This document shows, piece by piece, positions 49,783 through 60,800 of a DNA stretch of 64,000 nt. Made by a program: the position numbers and the translations under genes. The notes under the pieces were generated by a model. The model saw only the letters and a program-made list of their open reading frames with translations, searched no databases and was not told where the DNA came from. The first letter of the stretch is position 1, and each line of letters begins with the position of its first letter. The stretch is from a virus. Taxonomy: Duplodnaviria > Heunggongvirae > Uroviricota > Caudoviricetes. The stretch covers positions 346,107 through 410,106 of the IMG/VR virus record IMGVR_UViG_2799112330_000002; one strand, given 5' to 3'.

Positions 49783-50868
49783 ATGATGAAGCAATCAAAG
49801 CTCACATTAATAATTGATGGAAATTGGCTTTTAATGTCACGTTTCGCAGTATTATCAAATCAATATAAAGATGATAAAGAATTATGTGAACAAATTCAGT
49901 TATTAATGTTGAAATCAATTAGTCTGGTATTAAGAACATTTCCAGATATAGATAATATAATATTCATATCAGATGGAGGTTCTTGGCGATCAAATGTTGA
50001 TATACCACAATTCATATATGATGAGCTTGAAGAAGGCCAACCAGCTACTTACAAAGGACAAAGACATCTATCAGATGAATTCAACTGGAAAATGATATTC
50101 CAATATTATGAAGAACTGATGGAAAAACTTAATGAAAATGGTATAACAACATGCAGATTACCAAACATAGAAGGTGATGACTGGTGCTGGTATTGGTCAA
50201 ACAAACTTAATCAAGAAGGTACAAACTGTATTATCTGGTCAATGGACAAAGATCTTACACAATTAGTAAATATCAATAGTCAAGATTCAGTATTTACAGT
50301 ATGTTGGGAATCTAAGATGGGATTGACTTGCCCAGTACTAAATAAAGAGGAAGAGGATCCTTTACAATTTTTCTTTAATGATATAACAAAAGAATATAAT
50401 AACAGGATTTTTAGAAACATCTATGACAAATGTAAGAAGGTCAATGAAATCAATCCACAGGAGATTCTTATAGACAAGATCATTAGGGGAGATGCTGGTG
50501 ATAATATTTTTCCAATTATATTAAAGAATGCAAGTAATCCAGAATCAAAGAAAAAGTTTAGGGTTGCTATGAAAGATATTGATTTCAATCTTAATATAAA
50601 AGATGATCATGATATACGAGAATATATTCATAATGTTATGTCATCAAAGAAATATGCAGATAAAGTAAAGAAAAGTGAAGAGAATATCTTTGAGCATTTT
50701 AAGTATAACTATAAACTAGTAGTATTAGATAAGAACAACTATCCTGATGATGTATTGAATAGCATGAACAGTTATACAGATTACTATGTAAACAATAACA
50801 TTCAACCAGTATTGTCTTATTATACTGCAAAAACTACAAATATTGATAACATACTAGAAAGTATATAG
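49783..50868 (+). CDS. 5'-3' exonuclease / flap endonuclease (T4 RNase H / T5 D15-like, PIN-FEN fold)
   Basis: LTLIIDGNWLLMSRFA (compare LLLIDGxxLAxR); acidic EGDDWCWYW; SMDKDLTQL (DKDxxQL). Confidence 0.6.
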   Translation: MMKQSKLTLIIDGNWLLMSRFAVLSNQYKDDKELCEQIQLLMLKSISLVLRTFPDIDNIIFISDGGSWRSNVDIPQFIYDELEEGQPATYKGQRHLSDEFNWKMIFQYYEELMEKLNENGITTCRLPNIEGDDWCWYWSNKLNQEGTNCIIWSMDKDLTQLVNINSQDSVFTVCWESKMGLTCPVLNKEEEDPLQFFFNDITKEYNNRIFRNIYDKCKKVNEINPQEILIDKIIRGDAGDNIFPIILKNASNPESKKKFRVAMKDIDFNLNIKDDHDIREYIHNVMSSKKYADKVKKSEENIFEHFKYNYKLVVLDKNNYPDDVLNSMNSYTDYYVNNNIQPVLSYYTAKTTNIDNILESI

Positions 50869-50875
50869 AATAAAA

Positions 50876-50902
50876 AAGGAAGATCTTAGATCTTCCTTTT
50901 TG
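50876..50902. terminator. bidirectional intrinsic terminator (aaggaagatc tta gatcttcctt plus T-run) between convergent genes
   Basis: Perfect 10-bp stem with A-run and T-run flanks. Confidence 0.7.
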
Positions 50903-50921
50903 TTTGTTATATATTTATATA

Positions 50922-53744
50922 TTATAGATTAGTTACCCATAGATGCTTCTTATTAATTAACTTTGAATAATATTTGTAATTCAAGTCAACTGCTTTAATA
51001 AGAATATGCCAATCATAATTATATATATTATTGAAAGTATACTTGTTGATCATTGGGGCTGAATATTTTGCAACATTATCTTCTGTAATTGTTCTATTCA
51101 TTTCAATAACAGCTATTTTACAACCATCAAAAGCATTGTCTGTTATTCTTAATTCTTTACTTCCAAATGTATTGTCAATTGTGAATCTTGAAATGTTTTT
51201 AGCTACATAAACAATAATATCATATTCTTCATTACCAGTATATACAATACAATTATCATTTACTGATTTGAAATCATTACCTTCTGTTAATATAATATTA
51301 CTTAATTTAGGACAGTTATTGAATGCAGATAGATTGAATTCATAGTTTTCATTTTCATCAACAGTAAATTCTATATTTATTGGTTTTGTAAATTCTATTG
51401 ATTGAAGAGATGTACAATTACTGAAGAGTTTATCAGGAATCTTTTCTGTAAATGCTGTATTGATTTTTATTTGCGTTAATGATGAACAATTACTGAATGC
51501 GCCTTCATCTATTGTACAATCTTCTGGTAAAGCATAATGACCATTAGTTGTATTACTTATTTTGAATTCTGATATTGATGCACAATTATTGAAAGCATAT
51601 TTACCGATTTTCTTGAAATTAGCTGCATTAATTACTTCAGGTAAGTTCTTACAACCAACAAAACTATAGTTACCAATTTCTTCCAATAAATTAATTTTGT
51701 TATATTCAAGTTTTGAACAATTATAGAACATGTAATCACCAACCTTTGTTAATGCAATGTCTGTATCTACTATATTATTAGCTGATGATATTCTTCCTAA
51801 TGTTCTAAGATTTTCACAATTCATAAATATACCTGTTCTATTTGAAAGATCAGTTATACTACTTGGTAGATTTACAGAAACTAACTTAAAGCAATTTTCA
51901 AATGAATAAGAACCAATATTTGTACAATTTGAAAGATTAATAGATGTTATCTTTTCACAATTCTTGAATCCAAACTTAAGAACAGAAGTAAGATTTTCTG
52001 GTACATCAGTTAATGCAGTACAATTACAGAATGATCCAACACTTACCTGAGATATGTTATTCATAAATGAAACATCTGTAAGATTATAACATCCATTGAA
52101 TAAATTATTAGGCATTATATAGTTTGCACTACCAGCACCAAACAACATATTTCCTTTCTTTGATGATTTTGTATTCTTTGCTCCAAATGTTTCTTGCGGT
52201 TTAACATAGAATTTCAATGTATTGTCTGCTATAGATTTACATTTATACCATCTACTTTGAAGACTAGTTACATCCGCTTCTGAAGCTGTATTTTTCCAAG
52301 TATGATCTCCAGTATCTTCATAACCAACAACAGAAAAATCAATATTGTATACAGTATAATACATTGTTCCTCCAGTGTTTTCATTTACAAAGTCATTATC
52401 AATAATGAACTTAATATTATCTGAATTACTTAAATCAAAATCATTAAGCGATACTTCTGTTCCATCTAACAACTCAATAGAAAGATTTCTTTTTGTATTT
52501 TCAGGATCACTATTATTTGTTTTTATTGTTTCAAGGACTGATGGCTCTAGATAATATAATATTTTATTGTTATTTTGACTATTTGCTCTAACAAGATAAT
52601 AGTTTAGCTCTGTTATTATCTTAATAGCATCAGTATCTTCACCTTCTATTCTTTCAAAAGTATATTCTTCAGAGCATGGGTTCTCAATATCATATACAGC
52701 AACAATTTCATTTTGATTTGCTTGAATGTCATTATTCATATAACCACGATTTTTTTCAAATGCATTAAATGTTGTATAAGACTTATATTGCTCATTAGTA
52801 TTTTTAAAGTTGATAACAACCTGTAGATCCTCTTTTAGTATATAGCATATTTGCCATTCATTTTCCTCATAAGATTCAGAAAGTCTATCATCATTTATAA
52901 TGTTTTCTAATGAGAATTCACCTTCTTCATTATAAAATAGAGTTACCTCTGAAATATCATTATTTGAGTAATTATTCTCTAACAAAACATTTTGTTTTAT
53001 AATTGGTTCTTCTTCACCACCACCACTTGGTACATCATCATCAATACCATCATTTATCTTATAATTTGATGGAGAATTTGATAATGATGGAGATACTTTT
53101 ACTTTTCTTAATGATGAACAACCAGCAAACGTTTCATCAGACAAATATGTGATGTTTTCATTTACAAATTCATATAAATTCTTACAATTACTAAATAGTC
53201 CCTTTGGTAATCCAATCAATGAATTATTTAATGAAACTGCTTTTATTCCACAATTTGCTAATGCATACTCTGAGAAATTTAATATATTACTAAGACTAAT
53301 CCCTGTTAATTTATGACAACCATCAAATACATAAGATCCTAATTTTGTAACTGATGGGAAATAGATACTTGATAGTTCAGAACAATTATTGAAAGCACTA
53401 TTACCAATTTCTTTAATGTTAGCTGGTAATTTAATACTATTTAATGTTACAGCATTCGCAAAAGCTTGTTCTGGTAAAACTGACAAATTTGTTATAAGTT
53501 CATATAATACCATAAAACTCATATCAGTATTCAAGTTTTCTAATTTATATAGACTAATATTATCAGCATTATTGTATACAATACTATTTATATATTGTTT
53601 CAATATATTGTCTATAAGTACATTCTTTTTGCTATTAACATATTTACAAAAAATTCCATTAATGTCTCCCATTAATAATGAAGTAGGTTCATCACCAATT
53701 TTAGAGATATTAATGACTAAGTTTTTTGATAAAGAATTATCCAT
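50922..53744 (-). CDS. BspA-type leucine-rich-repeat protein (940 aa), probable virion surface / host-adhesion protein
   Basis: Repeated units of the type IGNSAFNNCSELSSIYFPSVTKLGSYVFDGCHKLTGISL at both ends (LRR_5/BspA pattern); central Asn/Asp-rich beta-rich region. Confidence 0.55.
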   Translation of the reverse strand: MDNSLSKNLVINISKIGDEPTSLLMGDINGIFCKYVNSKKNVLIDNILKQYINSIVYNNADNISLYKLENLNTDMSFMVLYELITNLSVLPEQAFANAVTLNSIKLPANIKEIGNSAFNNCSELSSIYFPSVTKLGSYVFDGCHKLTGISLSNILNFSEYALANCGIKAVSLNNSLIGLPKGLFSNCKNLYEFVNENITYLSDETFAGCSSLRKVKVSPSLSNSPSNYKINDGIDDDVPSGGGEEEPIIKQNVLLENNYSNNDISEVTLFYNEEGEFSLENIINDDRLSESYEENEWQICYILKEDLQVVINFKNTNEQYKSYTTFNAFEKNRGYMNNDIQANQNEIVAVYDIENPCSEEYTFERIEGEDTDAIKIITELNYYLVRANSQNNNKILYYLEPSVLETIKTNNSDPENTKRNLSIELLDGTEVSLNDFDLSNSDNIKFIIDNDFVNENTGGTMYYTVYNIDFSVVGYEDTGDHTWKNTASEADVTSLQSRWYKCKSIADNTLKFYVKPQETFGAKNTKSSKKGNMLFGAGSANYIMPNNLFNGCYNLTDVSFMNNISQVSVGSFCNCTALTDVPENLTSVLKFGFKNCEKITSINLSNCTNIGSYSFENCFKLVSVNLPSSITDLSNRTGIFMNCENLRTLGRISSANNIVDTDIALTKVGDYMFYNCSKLEYNKINLLEEIGNYSFVGCKNLPEVINAANFKKIGKYAFNNCASISEFKISNTTNGHYALPEDCTIDEGAFSNCSSLTQIKINTAFTEKIPDKLFSNCTSLQSIEFTKPINIEFTVDENENYEFNLSAFNNCPKLSNIILTEGNDFKSVNDNCIVYTGNEEYDIIVYVAKNISRFTIDNTFGSKELRITDNAFDGCKIAVIEMNRTITEDNVAKYSAPMINKYTFNNIYNYDWHILIKAVDLNYKYYSKLINKKHLWVTNL

Positions 53745-53801
53745 GTTAAGTTATATATATAATATTTTATTAAAAATAAAAAAGAGTAACATAAGTTACT
53801 C

Positions 53802-54032
53802 TTATATATTTGTTGATATGTAATCTAAATCAAAGGTATTTTCTATATACTTTTTTACTTCTGATAACTGTTCATTTTCATTGATGTTTTCAACTAATAG
53901 ATTTAATTGTCCATTGTCTTCATCATATTCCGATATTATACCAAAGTTATCTTTAATATAAAACATTGCTTCAGTTATCTTCTTATCTAAATCAACAATA
54001 TTCTTTGCAAATTTATATTCATAGGTATTCAT
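53802..54032 (-). CDS. hypothetical protein
   Basis: ORF of 76 aa. Confidence 0.35.
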   Translation of the reverse strand: MNTYEYKFAKNIVDLDKKITEAMFYIKDNFGIISEYDEDNGQLNLLVENINENEQLSEVKKYIENTFDLDYISTNI

Positions 54033-54070
54033 AAATTAAAGGTTAGACATAATATATTTAAACACTAAAT

Positions 54071-54706
54071 TTAAGATATATGGACTTTTAAGTATTCTAC
54101 TAATTTATTAGATAATGATTCTTTGTCTAAATAATTATCAATAATATAGTCACATATATCTTTAATCGGCACGTCTAATATATTGACTAACATATTAAAC
54201 TCTTTGAATGGCCATTCTTCTTCAACTATTTCAAAATTAATTGTTCTGTCAATTGGATATTTATCAAATACTTTCTTTATTAAACTATAGTTTTTATTTT
54301 CTTCTGGTTTTTCTTCTGTGTTGTCTGTAACAATTTTTATTGATGAATTGTTTCCAAGCCCTCTAGTCAATATAACATTCTTATCATCAGAAATAGTATT
54401 TTTATTATTACTAGATGTATCAATCTTGATTTGGTCTTCTTTGTCAATGCCCTGATTGATCATGCTTATAAGACTTGGATTAGGACCACCATTATTTCCG
54501 TATAATTGAGATATATCAGGTACTCCTTCAAATTCTTCTGCCTGTATATATTGGGAAAATTCTTTCATATCTAGTTGACCTTTATCAGTCAATACTAACA
54601 TTCGATCACCATCTATGACAGAATCTCTAACAAATACTTCTTCTCCTGTATTCTTATTAAACCATTTTCCTGGTTGTATCATGGTTCCACCACCAGTATT
54701 ATTCAT
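54071..54706 (-). CDS. hypothetical protein
   Basis: ORF of 211 aa. Confidence 0.45.
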   Translation of the reverse strand: MNNTGGGTMIQPGKWFNKNTGEEVFVRDSVIDGDRMLVLTDKGQLDMKEFSQYIQAEEFEGVPDISQLYGNNGGPNPSLISMINQGIDKEDQIKIDTSSNNKNTISDDKNVILTRGLGNNSSIKIVTDNTEEKPEENKNYSLIKKVFDKYPIDRTINFEIVEEEWPFKEFNMLVNILDVPIKDICDYIIDNYLDKESLSNKLVEYLKVHIS

Positions 54707-54751
54707 AATATAAAATATTAAAAAATGTTTTTATATTAAAAAATAGTTTAA

Positions 54752-55291
54752 TTAAGAATAAATTTCAATTAGTTCACCTCTTTTTTCACTATTTATCAAA
54801 TATTCTACAATAACATCCATTATTTCAATTGGAGATTTGTCTAGAAAATATAAGTATTTTAGTTTTTCTGATTCAAGTTTTTCAACAAAGTAATTTGTCT
54901 CTTTTATTTCTTTATTGATATTTGGATTGTTTTTATGGTTTTTAGTATCAACCCATATTATAATAAGATCATCATTGTTTTGATTAAATACTTTATTAGA
55001 TATGTTATTGAAATTTTCTGTATTCATAAACATAACATTATTATTATAGAAAGATTCTAATGTAATTCCTTCACTAATATAGTCATCAGTATTTACATAT
55101 AATAAAGCATTGTTCTTATAGCAAATATTCAATTCTTCATTTGACAGGAAATAATGATAGTCATCATATACAGTTTCCTTTTTTGTAGTGAATATCTTTG
55201 CTATTGTAAATAAGTCTTTATTGACTAATAATGTATTTACTATTTCATATTTATCAATGTTTGATGCTCCAACAATTAAAAACTTTATCAT
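54752..55291 (-). CDS. hypothetical protein
   Basis: ORF of 179 aa. Confidence 0.45.
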   Translation of the reverse strand: MIKFLIVGASNIDKYEIVNTLLVNKDLFTIAKIFTTKKETVYDDYHYFLSNEELNICYKNNALLYVNTDDYISEGITLESFYNNNVMFMNTENFNNISNKVFNQNNDDLIIIWVDTKNHKNNPNINKEIKETNYFVEKLESEKLKYLYFLDKSPIEIMDVIVEYLINSEKRGELIEIYS

Positions 55292-55323
55292 TTACTTATA
55301 TATTCTAATATTTTTTATATATA

Positions 55324-57876
55324 TTATATTATTGTGATATTTGTAGGTAATTTCCAAATTGATCTGAGTGTATCTGCACAACATTCATTAATTGTAATTG
55401 TCAATTTATCTGAAGATGATGCTAAATCACCAGCTATATTAATGTCAAGTTTATTGCCCATAAATAATTTTAATTTTGTTTCTACTCGTATACCTGTTTC
55501 AGTTTCTGATGTACTTGCAATTGTTATAAATTTTGATAATGCATTTCCGTTTGAAACAAGAAACATTGGTGTATCATTAACAGTAATAATATCATTAGTA
55601 TTTGAATAAATTTCAACATTTCTAGATGATGATATTCCTAAATATTTCAATAGCTTACTAAGTATAATTAAATCATTGTATTTATAATAATATACAACAT
55701 TATCAAATCTTGTTGATAATATAATATTACAATACATATTTAATCCATCAATATTGGTAGAACTCTCATTTGTTATACTACGAACTAATTTACGCATATC
55801 TTGTTCAATAGTTTCAAGATTAATAACTGAAAATAATGCACTAGTATTATTATTATTTGCTGTTACTTCAAAATATTTGAATTGAGGATTGAATGAAGTT
55901 GAATAATATATATTTCCATCACTTAAAGTTCTAATATCCCATTTAAGATTATGGAAATATGACATGCCAGATACATTTAGTTCTTGTTTAGCATTTAATC
56001 TACCAACAACATCTGTTACATTAAAATCAAGACTTAGTTTATCATGACGTTTAAGTTGTGTCTTGCCTTTAGCATTTGTTAATGAATATTCTCCTAAGTT
56101 AATATTATGAGTGCCAGTTCCTATATGAAATGTAGATTTATCAAAATTATCAAATGATGTTCCAATATAACCATAATATGTTACTCCATAATTATCAAAA
56201 GAAAGAATATTTTGTCTGTTTATAATATTTGAATCTCTCTGGAGGAATTCACTCATATCAAAAACAGGAACATTATAATTAGGAATATATTCATTATAAT
56301 AGTTTGTTCTGTTGTTTTCTACATATTTATAAATAGAATTAGTTATAGTATTAATTCCGTTTGATTCATTATTATTTATTTGTAGAAATTGTGAAGATGA
56401 AGTATTATGTACTTGTTTAATTTCTTTACCAGCAGTTCCAGTAAAACTATTTACATATCTTAAAGAGAAATTAAGATTGTTGATATATCTATTATCATAA
56501 TCAGAACCACTTATGTTTTGTAATACTGGATATAGGTGTTGAGAATTCTCATCATGCTTATTTCCTTTTAAGATCTGATCAAATATCAAATAAGTGAACA
56601 AGAAGTTATCAGGTTCTATTTGATTGATTAATGATAATTGGTATTGAATAATATCATTTAATGTTGAGAGATTATTAAATACTAATGCATATGTGTCATC
56701 AATCATTAATGGATCATAAGGTTTATCGGTATTTGATCCATTCCATTTCCATAATGTTATAATTTGACCATTTGATAATGTATTAAGTAATATATTGTCA
56801 GGTAATCCGATTTGAGTAACATTACTAATAAGCATTATCAATGAATTCTTAAGTAATGCTGCTTCATCTATTGCAATATTATTTGGTGATATATAAGGTA
56901 ACTTAAATTGACAGCTATACCCATTATTGTCTATCCATTTAATGAAAGCAGTATGAGTTGAACTTGTAACTTCTTTATTAGTATAATCATTAAGACCAGA
57001 TAGTATTTTAACTTGTTGACTATCATTAGTTTGTAATGCAACAACAATATTAAGATTAATGGCATTCTTCGCTTCTGCACTTATACCACTATCTATATCA
57101 TTAATCCACCATACTTTATTTTCCGTATTATTACTGCTATTTGTAATATAAGGTAAAGAATACTTTGTAAAGCTAATCTCATCATTATTATCAATTTCAA
57201 AACTATAGGCAGAAAACTTTACATAATTATTATGTTGCCATACTACATTAACACAATTTTCATCATATGATGGAATTTCACCAGAATTTGTCATTAACTG
57301 ATAATAGACAAATATTGGATCATTAGAACCATATATTAGAGTATCATTAATACCGTTTTGAATAAAAGATATTCTAAAATCAAGATAAATATAAGAATCA
57401 AATATTGTTTCATTATCATTAACATTTTTAGCTATTTGACTAAATTCATTATTATATATCTCTTTTAATAAGTTTTCTACTATTGCTATTTTTTTCTTTA
57501 ATATGACAGAAGCATTATCTATTTTATTGTTCAAAATTGAACTTGCAAACAACGGAGCATTATCATTATAGTTATCTTCATTAATGACAAACTTAATACC
57601 ATTAGAAATTGACTTACATCTTATATTTACCATCCTATTATCAGTGATTTCATTTAATATATTATTGTAAGCAACAAATTCTGGTTCAATATAAGCTGCT
57701 AGTTCTGTAAAAATTTCTCTTAATGTAAATGATGAAAACTTTACTAATTCTTCTCTTGTATTTCTTTGTCCAAGATTAGCTAAAGCTTCATTATAGTATT
57801 TTGTAATATAATTTGAATTTTCTAGATAAGATAAAACTTCTTGATCTGTCAATCCATTGATATTCTTTATAGCCAT
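55324..57876 (-). CDS. large Asn/Ile/Tyr-rich hypothetical protein (850 aa), probable virion component
   Basis: Uninterrupted long ORF in the late block; no catalytic motif recognised. Confidence 0.55.
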   Translation of the reverse strand: MAIKNINGLTDQEVLSYLENSNYITKYYNEALANLGQRNTREELVKFSSFTLREIFTELAAYIEPEFVAYNNILNEITDNRMVNIRCKSISNGIKFVINEDNYNDNAPLFASSILNNKIDNASVILKKKIAIVENLLKEIYNNEFSQIAKNVNDNETIFDSYIYLDFRISFIQNGINDTLIYGSNDPIFVYYQLMTNSGEIPSYDENCVNVVWQHNNYVKFSAYSFEIDNNDEISFTKYSLPYITNSSNNTENKVWWINDIDSGISAEAKNAINLNIVVALQTNDSQQVKILSGLNDYTNKEVTSSTHTAFIKWIDNNGYSCQFKLPYISPNNIAIDEAALLKNSLIMLISNVTQIGLPDNILLNTLSNGQIITLWKWNGSNTDKPYDPLMIDDTYALVFNNLSTLNDIIQYQLSLINQIEPDNFLFTYLIFDQILKGNKHDENSQHLYPVLQNISGSDYDNRYINNLNFSLRYVNSFTGTAGKEIKQVHNTSSSQFLQINNNESNGINTITNSIYKYVENNRTNYYNEYIPNYNVPVFDMSEFLQRDSNIINRQNILSFDNYGVTYYGYIGTSFDNFDKSTFHIGTGTHNINLGEYSLTNAKGKTQLKRHDKLSLDFNVTDVVGRLNAKQELNVSGMSYFHNLKWDIRTLSDGNIYYSTSFNPQFKYFEVTANNNNTSALFSVINLETIEQDMRKLVRSITNESSTNIDGLNMYCNIILSTRFDNVVYYYKYNDLIILSKLLKYLGISSSRNVEIYSNTNDIITVNDTPMFLVSNGNALSKFITIASTSETETGIRVETKLKLFMGNKLDINIAGDLASSSDKLTITINECCADTLRSIWKLPTNITII

Positions 57877-57881
57877 AATAG

Positions 57882-60800
57882 TTATAATAATTTATATTTG
57901 ATTCTTAATGTATAAGTATGTAGTTTCAATTCCCTTTGGGAGTAATATTCTATTTTGTATTTATTATATAAAAATAATATTTTATTATTTCTTTCATTTT
58001 CAGAATAATCATTAAGATTACTATTTCTTAAATAAATGTAGTTAAAGAATATATTGAAGACATTCTTTTCATTATTTTGCCATTCGGCTAACTCCTTTTC
58101 AGAATGGAATGTTTGAGAGCATCTTACTTCAATTTCATTTGGTATGTTATAATATATATTATCATTAAGATATTTATATTCTGTAGGAATAAATTTATGT
58201 GTATTATGATTAATGTCAAAATATGATATTCCATTAAATATTGACAAATACATCATACTTGGATTATCTGGAATAATATATGATATATTCTTTTGAGATA
58301 ATTCTGGTTCAATGATTCTTTCCGTATTCTTAAAGTATAAATTATATGTTATAAGATAATTTGTCTTGTATAAATAAGGAGTAATATTATCAAAGTATCT
58401 TATTAATTCAATATTATTTGTATCATTAAGATAATATAATGTATAAGTGCTATTTGTCTCATATTGTCTATGATGATTGGTCATCTTATAATTGTTTGGT
58501 TGTATAATCACCTCAATATTGTCTAAAGCTGTCTTTACTATATTACTTGTCTTAAGATAAGGAATGATATGAGGATAGACTTTATTGAGAAGCTCATAAC
58601 TAGTATCATTATAGATATCTTCAACAGGAATACTATCTATATAATCAACACAATTTATATTTTGATATAAATCATTCTTAATGTTTAATGTATGTTTAGT
58701 ATTGTCAAATGATGATTTAATTATATAGAATCCATAGTTTGTCCCATTATAAGTATAACAAAGCATATTTGTATTAGACTGATATAGCTTGTTTTTATCA
58801 GTAACAATATCATCTACATTATCATAGTTAAGAATAATATCTGTATTTATATTAGATGCAATTTTTACATCATCATTATTAATGAAAAAGTCTATATTAT
58901 GATTATTATATCTGTAGACATGACTTATATGACTAATATCACTATCACTTGTTTGTATCTCTGTAATATTATTCAAGAAATAGTCAGAATATATTCTTGT
59001 ATTGATTTGTTCTTCTTCCCAAACATCATTAAAATAAGGTTCAAGAGGAAGTTCTAGATGTCTATCATTTAATAATGCTGTAATAGATCTTGTTACCTCA
59101 GCCTCGTCTTCATATATTGGAATCCAAGCAGATGATTCATCTTCAAAATAGATAGTATTATAATATAGTTCATGATTTACTGAATCATAGTTAGACAAAT
59201 GATATAGATAAAGATCTTTATAATTATACTTGTTTATTGCTAGTATTAATCCATATAGTTCTTTATTCAATCTCATCATTTTTTTCTTGAAACATAGATC
59301 AAAATCTAAGATTGTATCAACATCTATAGTATTAGTTATTTGTATTTTCTTACCAGTTGGTTTTAATAACTCACTATCTGTATATAAATTATACTTTATA
59401 TAATTATAATTGTTTTCATCATCTTTTATCTTTACTCCTATTTCTATGTTTGGAGTAATATAATAGACTTCATTATTGTTTTTATTTATTAATTTTATAT
59501 ATGAATCTGTTATTGTTGCATTATATTTTACATTTTCTGAATAACCAGCTTGATTATATACAATTGTATCATATATTGGAATCATGTCAATAAAATATTT
59601 CTTTGATAATGAGAAATAACCATTGTCATTATATTCTATATAATTGATAAGATCATTAAATGATATTATTCCAAGATCTGTTATATTTATATATTTGTTC
59701 AATACTATTAGTGAATTATTGAAGTTAGTGTTATTTGATCTGTCTACAACAATATTATGTGCTGTCAATATATTTATATAGATAGTATTCAGAATTTGTC
59801 TTTCATTTTCGAGACTAATTGTTGTGTTTATATTAGTCTTATATAGTTTTTTGAAATATAAATAGAGATGAGTAAGATTCAAGAACTTACAATAGAATTC
59901 TTTAGATTTACTACTAATTATACTAATGTCATCATCGGTCAACTGTTGCCCATAATATTTTCTATATACATATTTGATATTATATGGATCTACCCAAATT
60001 ATATTGTCATCTCCATCATAGTTGTCTCCATAATTGCATGTTAAGTCATTTATTTCATTGAATACTGGAATAGTATAGATGATATTGTCTTCAGTATTAT
60101 ATAGACCACTACTATAATAATATTTATGGAATTCAAAGGATGGGCTTTCTTCATTAGAATTTGCAAAGAACAATTTGATGAAATCACTTAGAGCAACATC
60201 CGCATTTGATTGGGGATTATCTAATGATTGTTTTGTTTTTCTCAAGAAATCTAAGAAATCTTTTCCTTGAACAAATTTTGATTTGAGATAAACATTTACT
60301 TTTAATTGTGTTGTATTATATAATAGATTATAGTTGTCTATTAGATTATATAATGTTTTGTTTGGATATATTGAAAAGAACAATAGATCCTTTGCCCAAT
60401 ATAATGATTCAATTGACATTACTCTTCTTTCTCTAAAGAACATGCCAGAATCATTAGATTTGTCTGTCAAATAATATAATTCTGCTAAGTCTTTATAGAC
60501 TTCATTCAATATGTTGTCTTTATTATATATATTTAATACTCTATATCCATCAATGATCTCTTTGTCATACTGGTCATACAGACTATTTGAGACATTATAT
60601 AGATGTGACAATACATAGATATCATTAAAGTCATAATATTCATTTGATAAGTATTGCTTAACATTAGGATATTTCTGATCTGTCAATTGTATTGTCTCAT
60701 TATTTGTTATGAATTCAGAATTGTCATTATAGAATTTATAGAAATCTATATTCCTGATGTTTGTATCATTAAAGCTTAATTGTTCATTTTTATCAATATC

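Noticed and set aside
53389-53823. + strand 144-aa ORF inside the BspA-like gene
   Set aside because: It is antisense to a 940-aa gene with clear repeats. AT-rich genomes generate long antisense ORFs. The same judgement applies to 43146..43595, 45363..45722, 55334..55609, 15463..15684, 18730..18945, 33102..33404 and other short opposite-strand ORFs in the track.
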